Under the pieces are notes generated by a model. The model was not told the origin of the DNA. It searched no databases and worked only from the letters and a program-made list of their open reading frames with translations. 60,146 bases of DNA from an uncultured Gammaproteobacteria bacterium (lineage in GTDB: Bacteria; Patescibacteriota; Patescibacteriia; UBA9934): NCBI GenBank assembly GCA_964462325.1, contig CAYWYQ010000002.1:3943-64088 (forward strand). The letters are read 5' to 3'. How positions within the stretch are numbered: the stretch's first letter is position 1; each line of letters starts with the position of its first letter. Of this stretch, positions 16,188 through 24,791 are shown in pieces. The translations under genes and the position numbers were made by a program.

Positions 16188-19070
16188 ATGTCAGAGCAAA
16201 AAACATCAAAACACAGCATAGAAGAAGAACGGGTATTATCATTCTGGAAAGAGCACGATATTTTTAAGCGATCAATTTCAGAACGGAGCGAAGGTAACCC
16301 GTATGTTTTTTATGATGGTCCTCCATTTGCGACAGGTTTGCCGCATTATGGTCATTTAGTTGCGAGTACGATGAAAGATGTTGTTCCTCGTTATTTTACG
16401 ATGCGCGGATTCCGCGTTGAACGCACATGGGGATGGGATTGTCACGGTTTGCCTATTGAAGCAATCGTCGAAAAGAAGCATGGCCTGAAGAATCGACAGG
16501 AGATTGAAGAAATGGGCGTTGCTGCGTTTAATGAAAGTTGTGATGCGGAAATCATGACCTATGCGGAGGATTGGAAGCAGGTGATTCATCGCCTTGGCCG
16601 TTGGGTGAATATGGATGAGCCTTACATGACGAAGGATTTGCAATTCATGGAATCGGTTTGGTGGGCCTTTTCGGAACTCTATAAAAAGGGTCATATTTAC
16701 GAAGGGTATAAGGTAATGCATGTTTCGCCGGCGCTTGAAACTGTACTTTCAAATATGGAAGTCAGCGATAATTACAGTGACCTTACAGATATTTCTGCTT
16801 ATGCGAGTTTCACACTTACAAGCGGAGAGTATGAAGGAGTAAAAATGATTGCATGGACAACAACACCTTGGACGCTTCCAGGGAATGCATTGCTTGCGGT
16901 TGGAAATACGATTGAATATACTCTTGTTGTATTTGAGGATGCAAAATATATTGTTGCGAAAGAACTTCTTGAAGAAGCTTTTGAAGGGAAAGAGTATCAA
17001 GTAAAGTCAGAATTGAAGGGTTCTGATCTTGTGGGGGCGTCGTATGAGCCGCTTTTCCCGTATTTTGCAGATCATAAAAACGCTTTCCGAGTTGTACATG
17101 CAGATTTTGTGACGACGGATGACGGAACAGGGATTGTGCATATCGCCCCAGGATTTGGAGAAGATGATTTGGAGCTTGGAAAGAAAGAGGGTGTTGAGCC
17201 AATTATGCATGTGCAAATGGACGGACGCTTCATTCCGGAAGTCGAACAGTCATTGGTAGAGGAGGGGTATGATGTAAAAGATTGGCCGGTCAAGAAAAAG
17301 GATGACAATATGCATGTCGATATTGAAATCATCAAATGGCTTGCACATAAAGGAAAGCTCTTTGCGAAGAAAAAGATTAAACATAATTATCCATTATGTT
17401 GGCGTACGGATTGTGCGCTTATCAATTACGCGACGACTTCCTGGTTTGTAAAAGTAGAAGATATTCGCGACACACTTGTAAGAACAAACAAAGAAATACG
17501 CTGGGTGCCGGAACATATAAAAGAAGGAAGATTCGGGAAGGGACTGGCACAGTCTCCGGATTGGTCTATTTCTCGTTCACGGTATTGGGGAACACCTATG
17601 CCGCTTTGGCGTTCAGAAGATGGCGACATTATTGTCGTTGGTTCCGTAGATGAACTGGAAGAATTAACAGGGACACGTGTTGATAATCTGCATAAGCATA
17701 TTGTAGACGAATTAACGATTGAAAAGGACGGGAAAACCTATACAAGGATTCCAGAAGTACTGGACTGTTGGTTTGAGTCTGGCTCCATGCCATACGGACA
17801 AATGCATTATCCATTTGAGAATAAAGAAAAATTTGACCGTGGTTTCCCGGCAGAATTTATTGCCGAGGGGCAGGATCAGACACGTGCGTGGTTCCATAAA
17901 TTACATGTACTTTCAAATATTTTATTTGGAATGCCCGCCTTTAAAAATGTTATCGTAAATGGAATTGTTCTTGCGGAAGACGGAAAAAAGATGAGTAAAC
18001 GATTACAGAATTATCCAGATCCAACAGAGGTAATGAATACATATGGTGCAGATGCGGTTCGGTACTATTTGATGACGAGCTCTGTTGTTCATGCAGAAAA
18101 TTTACGATTTAAGGAATCGGATGTTGATGAAGTGGCAAAGAAGTTTATTGCCATTTTGAGAAATGTCGTAAGTTTCTATGCACTCTATAAAGAGCATGAC
18201 GATGGACGAGAAGCGAGCGGAGAACATGTACTAGATAAGTGGATTTTAGCAAGACTCAATCAGGCACTAGCAACTGAGACAGAAGCAATGGACAATTATG
18301 ATTTGCAGGCGGCATCAAGACCTCTTCAACATTTTGTTACTGATTTGTCGACATGGTATGTGCGTCGTTCGCGTGATCGTGTAAAAACAGATGGGGAAGA
18401 TCAAAAAGAGGCACTTGCAACGCTTCGGACCGTTCTTGATACCTTCAGTAAGATGATTGCGCCATTTATGCCATTCCTAGCAGAGATGGTATATCAGGAA
18501 ATAGATGGGTCATATGACAGCGAAGAGAGACCATCTGTTCATTTAGAAATGTGGCCAGAGGCACAAGAAGTGGATGAAACTATTCTTGAACAAATGGGAG
18601 AGGCTCGCGCGCTTGTGAGTCGCATTCTTGATGCGCGCGAAGAGACGGGGCTTCCTGTGAAGCAAGTTCTTGGATCTGTACAGGTCACGACACCAGCAGG
18701 ATCAGTACGACCAGAAATTCAGGAAGTCATTTTGAACGAGGTAAATATAAAAGAAATGCATGTAGAGGAGGGGGAGCTTTCTGCTAAGCCAGATTTTACT
18801 TTGACACCAGAACTCAAACGAGAAGGAATGTTGCGGGAATTATCTCGGAAGATTAATGGAATGCGCAAAGATGCAGGACTTACGATTGATGACCGCATTA
18901 CGGTAAATGTATGGTCCGAATCTACCGAGGTGAATACGATGCTTGATGAGCATGAAGGTGCATTAAAAGATGCTGTTTTGGCACATGAAATTGTACGCGC
19001 GAAGCCAGATGTGGATGGAGTGCAAGTACGAATCATGGAGCAAGAAATTGAGTTGGGTATTTGTGATTAG
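16188..19070 (+). CDS. ileS: isoleucyl-tRNA synthetase
   Basis: 960 aa with the HYGH (PHYGHLV) and KMSKR signatures, a CP1 editing-domain-like insertion and no in-frame stops. Confidence 0.95.
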   Translation: MSEQKTSKHSIEEERVLSFWKEHDIFKRSISERSEGNPYVFYDGPPFATGLPHYGHLVASTMKDVVPRYFTMRGFRVERTWGWDCHGLPIEAIVEKKHGLKNRQEIEEMGVAAFNESCDAEIMTYAEDWKQVIHRLGRWVNMDEPYMTKDLQFMESVWWAFSELYKKGHIYEGYKVMHVSPALETVLSNMEVSDNYSDLTDISAYASFTLTSGEYEGVKMIAWTTTPWTLPGNALLAVGNTIEYTLVVFEDAKYIVAKELLEEAFEGKEYQVKSELKGSDLVGASYEPLFPYFADHKNAFRVVHADFVTTDDGTGIVHIAPGFGEDDLELGKKEGVEPIMHVQMDGRFIPEVEQSLVEEGYDVKDWPVKKKDDNMHVDIEIIKWLAHKGKLFAKKKIKHNYPLCWRTDCALINYATTSWFVKVEDIRDTLVRTNKEIRWVPEHIKEGRFGKGLAQSPDWSISRSRYWGTPMPLWRSEDGDIIVVGSVDELEELTGTRVDNLHKHIVDELTIEKDGKTYTRIPEVLDCWFESGSMPYGQMHYPFENKEKFDRGFPAEFIAEGQDQTRAWFHKLHVLSNILFGMPAFKNVIVNGIVLAEDGKKMSKRLQNYPDPTEVMNTYGADAVRYYLMTSSVVHAENLRFKESDVDEVAKKFIAILRNVVSFYALYKEHDDGREASGEHVLDKWILARLNQALATETEAMDNYDLQAASRPLQHFVTDLSTWYVRRSRDRVKTDGEDQKEALATLRTVLDTFSKMIAPFMPFLAEMVYQEIDGSYDSEERPSVHLEMWPEAQEVDETILEQMGEARALVSRILDAREETGLPVKQVLGSVQVTTPAGSVRPEIQEVILNEVNIKEMHVEEGELSAKPDFTLTPELKREGMLRELSRKINGMRKDAGLTIDDRITVNVWSESTEVNTMLDEHEGALKDAVLAHEIVRAKPDVDGVQVRIMEQEIELGICD

Positions 19071-19074
19071 CTGT

Positions 19075-19320
19075 TAGCAAATTAGCCACTTAGCTTTTAG
19101 CCCGTAGCGCAAGGACGTGCTTTATGTGATCCGCCGTAGCTTTAGCGTAGGCGGAGAGTGGAGAAATCTCCTGTAGGGGTCACCGAGGTTCAACCTCGAG
19201 GTTGAACCTCGGGAGGGTGATCTGTGCAAAAATAGCATTATTTAATCACTTTTGGGTACTCGAGGTTGAACCTCGGTGGAGATAATGTATAGAGGTTGAA
19301 CCTCGAGGTTGAACCTCGGG
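19075..19320. repeat. mosaic REP-like intergenic repeat block downstream of ileS
   Basis: TAGC-periodic stretch (ttagccacttagc), gtggagaaatctcctgtag (19158-19176), a 30-nt palindrome at 19183-19212, a single unit at 19261-19275 and tandem units at 19292-19320. Confidence 0.8.
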
Positions 19321-19368
19321 AGGGGTGCGATGGTGTCTTGTTTTCTCTCTTCTGGTCCATCATGTACA

Positions 19369-20214
19369 ATGGGCGATATGATTGATGTCAGAACAGTAGT
19401 TTTACTAACGCCGATAAATGATCCAGAATCTGTAACGATACGTCGTATTGCAGATGCATTTGAAATTCCGGTACTTGTATCGAAGCAGCCGCATGGGGCA
19501 ACGCTCGCAAAAGAATCAAAGCTGCTTGCAAGAATTCAAGAAACAAACCCAAATGCGCAGACAATTGTCATTGTAGAAATTCCTGGACTGAAGGAGGAGG
19601 ATGAATTGAGACAAACAGGAATGAAGGTCGAAATTATCGATCATCATCGATACGGAGAAATCGATAGGACGAATAACATAAGTTCGCTTGAACAATTTTT
19701 GGCTTATTTCAAAATTTCTTTGGATGAATTGAGGCTTAAAGGGTTTGACCCACTCCTTATTCAAGGGGTCGCTGACATGGATCAGGGTTTTGTTTGGAAA
19801 GTAAAATCTCGAAATCATACGAAGGATGACGAAGAACGTATTTTTGAACACTATCATCACTTACTACTTGAGCTTGGCGGGGAAAAGAGAAAAGAACAAG
19901 AAGCAATTGCGGTGCGTGCATTTGAACAACGCATAGAAGAAGATAGGTATGTCTTTGTAGAAAATCCAGTTCATGGAATAGGGATTCGTGATGCGCTTTC
20001 ATTTGAAGTAGCGAAATTCTATGGACGGCCAACGACGCTCATTTTACACGAGAATCGTATTATTTACGTACAAGAAACAAGTAAAGCACTTGAGCTTTTA
20101 GAAAAATTTGGGGGGTTCACATACGGAGGGGATACCTGTTGGGGCATTTGGCAAAAAGAAGGTCAAAATATTTTAGAAGAAGTAAAACAAATTGTTGGTC
20201 GGGACTTGGTATAA
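19369..20214 (+). CDS. hypothetical protein; single DHH-like motif (IIDHH)
   Basis: I trimmed the ORF-track start (19309, inside the repeats) to the ATG at 19369 or 19378. Confidence 0.6.
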   Translation: MGDMIDVRTVVLLTPINDPESVTIRRIADAFEIPVLVSKQPHGATLAKESKLLARIQETNPNAQTIVIVEIPGLKEEDELRQTGMKVEIIDHHRYGEIDRTNNISSLEQFLAYFKISLDELRLKGFDPLLIQGVADMDQGFVWKVKSRNHTKDDEERIFEHYHHLLLELGGEKRKEQEAIAVRAFEQRIEEDRYVFVENPVHGIGIRDALSFEVAKFYGRPTTLILHENRIIYVQETSKALELLEKFGGFTYGGDTCWGIWQKEGQNILEEVKQIVGRDLV

Positions 20215-20221
20215 TAGATCC

Positions 20222-21430
20222 ATGCAATTATTTGGAGCCATTAAGCGTAAAAAAGAGACGAAATTTTTTTCCGAATGGATGAAATCAGTTGTTTTAATTC
20301 CGGAACATATTCAGTCAGCAGAAAATGCATGGATTGATGCAAAATTGCTTGTGCCGAAATTAATGGAATTAGAACGTACGCCTCAGTCTGCACCTCATCA
20401 TGCCGATGGCCCGACGGTTGATGTACATGTAAAAAGAATATTAGCTGCGGTTTTTGCATTTGCATCTGGTGCTTCTTTGACAGATATAGAAGAATTCAAG
20501 CGTGAAAAAACATTGTTTTCAGATATAAAACATCTGGATCTTGTCTTAAAAGAACAGGTAGCAACCATGCAAGCGTTTGCACTTTTACACGATATAGCAA
20601 AACCAGATACAGTACATTTCTTTGCCTCAAAAGATTCTGATGGTGCAGCGAAAACACTCTTCCAGCATGAGAAACGTCTGCAATCTCATGCAACCACAGA
20701 GGAGAAACAACTATACTTAAAACTATTTCGAGGTATTGAAGCGAGATATCCTTTATATCCCCGCGAACAAGTCATGGCGGCATTTTATGATAAATATGAA
20801 GTGCAGGTTAAGTATCCTAGGCATGCAGAGTTAGGGGTTTCTGACCGATTCTTGCAAGCAAGGGAGGCGATTGCGGAACATTTACATTTATCCGTACGTA
20901 GTAGAGAGATTTTACATTTTCTGATTTTACATCATATTCATGTGATTGAATTTGTCATGGATGGTGCAAATCCTGGAAATATAGATATCCTAACAAGGAA
21001 GGCGCATAAGGCTGGATTCGATGCAGGGAGTATCCTAGATCTGCAGGTATGCGTGCTCTTTCTTGATGCTATAGTGGGCGGCATAACATACAGAAATGGA
21101 GAATTTTTGCACCAAACAGATTTACTTGTACATTTTTTGCAATCTGAAGAGCAGGCGGATGCAGAGCACAGAATAAAACGTAGAGAGATAATTCGAGAAA
21201 AAGAAGAAGAAGATTTTAAGCGCATATTAAAACAGACTGGCCTGACATCTGAAGAAATATTCTCTAGAATGGATATCCCTTTTGGACCTAAGAGAGGGGA
21301 GATTGTTGAAAAAATTCACGACCTCATTCGTTTCCCAAGCAAACAGATTGATTTTGGAGCACATACCTCAGATATGGAAAAACGTATACATTCTGCAAGA
21401 CAATATTTTGACGCCATTTCTTCCACGTGA
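20222..21430 (+). CDS. HD-domain phosphohydrolase-like protein
   Basis: LLHDIAKPDT and PRHAELG are HD-superfamily H...HD...D pattern elements. I trimmed the start to the ATG at 20222. Confidence 0.6.
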   Translation: MQLFGAIKRKKETKFFSEWMKSVVLIPEHIQSAENAWIDAKLLVPKLMELERTPQSAPHHADGPTVDVHVKRILAAVFAFASGASLTDIEEFKREKTLFSDIKHLDLVLKEQVATMQAFALLHDIAKPDTVHFFASKDSDGAAKTLFQHEKRLQSHATTEEKQLYLKLFRGIEARYPLYPREQVMAAFYDKYEVQVKYPRHAELGVSDRFLQAREAIAEHLHLSVRSREILHFLILHHIHVIEFVMDGANPGNIDILTRKAHKAGFDAGSILDLQVCVLFLDAIVGGITYRNGEFLHQTDLLVHFLQSEEQADAEHRIKRREIIREKEEEDFKRILKQTGLTSEEIFSRMDIPFGPKRGEIVEKIHDLIRFPSKQIDFGAHTSDMEKRIHSARQYFDAISST

Positions 21431-21444
21431 GAAAATAACTTCGT

Positions 21445-21996
21445 ATGATGCGGTATATTGAAGGTGAAGTAATACAGGTTGAACAAGATGGCTTGGTTTT
21501 AAAAACAGGAGGAGTCGGTTATTTTATTTATACCGTTGCTTGTTTTGGTGAAGTTGGAAATGCGATGCAGCTCTGGCTTCATGATTTGGTTCGGGAAGAT
21601 AAACGGGAATTGTATGGTTTTGTCGATAAAGATGTTCTGCATCTATTTGAAAAACTGATTAGTATTTCTGGCATAGGACATAAGATGGCACAGAAAATAT
21701 TAATGGCGCATAAGCCGGTGGATATCACACAGAGCATAGTGAGTGGTGATATACCTTTTTTAACCAGTTTACCTGGTATTGGGAAAAAGACTGCTCAAAA
21801 GATTGTACTTGAATTGAAGGGAGTTCTTGTAGAAGATGATGCATCTGGCGAACAAGTTGATCATGACGCACTCGAGGCACTTGAAAGTTTAGGATATGCA
21901 AAGAAGGATGCACATGCGGCATTAAAAGGACTTTCTGCGCATACAACAGAGACAAGAATTAGACAGGCACTTAAATTATTAAGCAATCATTCATGA
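21445..21996 (+). CDS. ruvA: Holliday junction DNA helicase subunit RuvA
   Basis: 183 aa. N-terminal OB fold (I.G.V......VL.TGGVGY), two HhH motifs (ISGIGHKMAQKIL, LPGIGKKTAQKIV) and C-terminal domain III. Confidence 0.85.
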   Translation: MMRYIEGEVIQVEQDGLVLKTGGVGYFIYTVACFGEVGNAMQLWLHDLVREDKRELYGFVDKDVLHLFEKLISISGIGHKMAQKILMAHKPVDITQSIVSGDIPFLTSLPGIGKKTAQKIVLELKGVLVEDDASGEQVDHDALEALESLGYAKKDAHAALKGLSAHTTETRIRQALKLLSNHS

Positions 21997-22934
21997 ATTC
22001 TAAGGATTGGAACGCGTATGTTACGCAATATTCTCCAAAATTTGGAGCTTTTTTACAGTCCTATGAATGGGGTGAATTTCAAAAAGCGCTTGGTCGTCCG
22101 GTTGAACGCATATTTCTTGAACAAGAAGGTAAGACGATGCTTGGACAAGTGGTACAGATGTCTTTACCTCTAGGTCAGTATTATTGGTATATTCCAAAAG
22201 GACCACTTGGAAATATGGAACCAAATGATGCTATTAGGATGCTGAGAGACCATCTTGATGGTGCAATGTTTTTACGACTAGAGCCAAGCGTTCATCATGG
22301 ATTGAAACGTGTGCAGGATATGCAGCCGCGTGCAACAACTATACTCGATTTACGGAAAGATATAGAAGAAATTCTTGCAGGAATGAAATCAAAAACACGT
22401 TATAATATTCGTTTAGGATTAAGGAAAAAGGTAGATGTGCGTTTTGTGGACGCAAAGGAATATCTGGGTGATTTTATACGTCTTATGAATCAAACAAAGG
22501 TTCGCGATGGCTTTTCTGCACATCCGACCGGATATTATGAACAATTACTTAATGTGTTATCTGATGGGGAAGTACGCGCAAGGCTTGCGATGGCCTTTTA
22601 TGAGGAAATTCCAATAGCGGCAAATATTATTATTGATTTTGATAAGACGAGAACCTACTTACATGGTGCGACAAGTAATTTGCATCGCAATGTTATGGCA
22701 CAATATGTACTCCATCATTTTTTGATTGAGGATGCTAAAAAACAAGGATTTGAATGGTTTGATTTTTGGGGCATTGCACCGCAAGATACAAATGAAAAAT
22801 CCAGCTGGGCTGGAATTACACGGTATAAATTAAGTTTCGGAGGGGAGTATAGACTAATGGATGGTACATTTGAACTCCCAATGAAACAATTATGGTACGG
22901 GGCTTATTCACTTGCAAAAAGATTGCGTAGATAA
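21993..22934 (+). CDS. FemAB-family peptidoglycan bridge aminoacyltransferase
   Basis: 313 aa. FLQSYEWGEFQ, KTRYNIR, YLHGATS and the WGI..YKLSFGG tail are typical of FemX/MurM-like proteins. Confidence 0.75.
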   Translation: MNSKDWNAYVTQYSPKFGAFLQSYEWGEFQKALGRPVERIFLEQEGKTMLGQVVQMSLPLGQYYWYIPKGPLGNMEPNDAIRMLRDHLDGAMFLRLEPSVHHGLKRVQDMQPRATTILDLRKDIEEILAGMKSKTRYNIRLGLRKKVDVRFVDAKEYLGDFIRLMNQTKVRDGFSAHPTGYYEQLLNVLSDGEVRARLAMAFYEEIPIAANIIIDFDKTRTYLHGATSNLHRNVMAQYVLHHFLIEDAKKQGFEWFDFWGIAPQDTNEKSSWAGITRYKLSFGGEYRLMDGTFELPMKQLWYGAYSLAKRLRR

Positions 22935-22944
22935 TTGCAGGTTA

Positions 22945-24789
22945 TCATTCCGCAGGGGAAACAATTCCATTTTCTGTATTATGTGGATCTTGTTTTAGAT
23001 CGGTATTTGTTGATTCTGCAGATGTTTGTAAAAATGTATTTGTTTCAAGATTGAGTGCAGTTAACAATGATTCGCTGAATAACCTTACAAAGCTATTTGT
23101 CATCTGTTCATTAGGCGTAATACTTGTGAGAACGTAGCTTGTTTGTAAACCTGAATTTGCTGGTAAGAAATCTATCGTCCATGCAAGCTCACGTGTCGTT
23201 TCATTATATGTAAGAGACCCTATGGATGCTTGAGTACTATTTTTCCATACCGCATCAGGGGAGAGCGTTGTTTCAAGACGAATGTCTTCAAGATCATGCA
23301 TGCTATTCCCGATCGTCCAAACAAATTCATAGGCAGTTTCTTTTCCTACCATTGGAGGAAGGGGACCAAATCCAACGGCGGAACCTGTATCATCGAAATA
23401 TCGCATATGTGCATTCAAAGATAGTTCGGATGTGATGGTGATTGGAATGAGTTTTGAACGTATGGTGCCTTGACCGTGATCAATGTGCGCAATGACGGTG
23501 AGTTTATCAGCATCTTGCTGTGCCAAAGAATCATGTATAGGGAAACGTAAATTATAGATTTTCTTTTCACCAGCCGCGATTGTCCCTATAGCACTTTCAG
23601 ACCAATAAACGCCATCACTTGTTAGTGTTCCTCCATCATAATCAGATCCACTCCAATGAAGAGGCATACGTCCATCTTCGGGCGTCTGAAAATCCAGTAA
23701 TGCCGTTACAGACTCTATGTCCGTTATTCCTGTATTATGTATGGCAAGCGTAATGCGTAAGTCATCTCCAAGCATGGCAGACGCTTGTGCATCTGATCCA
23801 TTCGCAACTATCTGCACCTGTAAAGCACTTGTGAGTACATCGGTAAAATGCTGTTCTTCAGATTGTAGGTATCGATCATTCGCATTTGTGAAGTAGGTAT
23901 TTGCCGTTAGATATTCAAACCCTTCAATTTCCGAAGCAAAAGATCCGTGTATGGTGACCGTGAACTCTTCTCCTTCTGCGAGTCCTTCATGGTAAAAAAT
24001 AGGTGCAGTACCGCTTTCAAGAGCAGGGGAGCTGCTATCAATGGAAAATCCATCTGGAATATCTAAATCTATCTCGAGCGGTGGTGTATTAAAAACGCTA
24101 GGATTGTTTATGGTAATGGTATATGTTCCAATTTCTCCTGGTGAAAGCTCTTCAGGACCCTCTATGGATGTTTCAACAATGCTGTGAATGGATTGAATCT
24201 GTATGGTTTCAATTGTTTGAAAGTCCGCGTTAAAATTACTTGGTTTATACGAGGCAAATGCTTGAATAGACTGAGTTGAGGGCACGGAACCTATCCAAAC
24301 ACCTTCAAAGGTAATGATGCCATCAGATTGACCTGGTATTGATCCAATAGACCAAATATATTCTTCCTTATTTGTTGCTTCTTTGCTGAAGGATTGAGGC
24401 AAGAAACCTTTTGGGAAATTAATATCAATATCAAGATTGGCAAGTGGAGCTTTTGCTTCATTACGGTATACAACGGTGAATTCAGAAGTACTACCACTTG
24501 CAATCTCACCCTCATGCTCTATGGAAAGTGTTAAAATATCATTTGTCTCATTCTGAAAAAACTTTTGATAGATGAAAAAGCTTGTCCAGGCAAGCGTGGC
24601 GATAATACCAAGGAATAGTACTGTTCTGAGGAGCAATGAAGTCAGATCACGTTTTTTTCGTTCAAGTTTTGTAAAATCAACGGTTGTTTTTTCTCCGTAA
24701 ATTGCTTCTAGACCTTCGTCAATCTGTTTCGCATTCGTATGTCCTTTTTTTGAACGATGAGATGTTTTTTTATGTTTCCCTTTTGACAT
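22945..24789 (-). CDS. large membrane-anchored surface protein with repeated Ig-like/DUF11-like segments
   Basis: 614 aa with a basic N-terminus, one TM helix and repeated beta-rich segments. Confidence 0.75.
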   Translation of the reverse strand: MSKGKHKKTSHRSKKGHTNAKQIDEGLEAIYGEKTTVDFTKLERKKRDLTSLLLRTVLFLGIIATLAWTSFFIYQKFFQNETNDILTLSIEHEGEIASGSTSEFTVVYRNEAKAPLANLDIDINFPKGFLPQSFSKEATNKEEYIWSIGSIPGQSDGIITFEGVWIGSVPSTQSIQAFASYKPSNFNADFQTIETIQIQSIHSIVETSIEGPEELSPGEIGTYTITINNPSVFNTPPLEIDLDIPDGFSIDSSSPALESGTAPIFYHEGLAEGEEFTVTIHGSFASEIEGFEYLTANTYFTNANDRYLQSEEQHFTDVLTSALQVQIVANGSDAQASAMLGDDLRITLAIHNTGITDIESVTALLDFQTPEDGRMPLHWSGSDYDGGTLTSDGVYWSESAIGTIAAGEKKIYNLRFPIHDSLAQQDADKLTVIAHIDHGQGTIRSKLIPITITSELSLNAHMRYFDDTGSAVGFGPLPPMVGKETAYEFVWTIGNSMHDLEDIRLETTLSPDAVWKNSTQASIGSLTYNETTRELAWTIDFLPANSGLQTSYVLTSITPNEQMTNSFVRLFSESLLTALNLETNTFLQTSAESTNTDLKQDPHNTENGIVSPAE

Positions 24790-24791
24790 AG

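Noticed and set aside
16356-19036. Antisense and out-of-frame ORFs inside ileS, with similar nested ORFs inside valS, tyrS, argS, rnj, tkt, DUF4012 and others
   Set aside because: They lie fully inside strongly supported genes, their translations are low-complexity, and they have no independent signals.
19183-19320. A CRISPR array, suggested by repeated GAGGTTGAACCTC units
   Set aside because: The units are 13-15 nt, self-complementary and irregularly spaced or directly abutting, with no unique spacers of constant length. No cas genes lie in the window.
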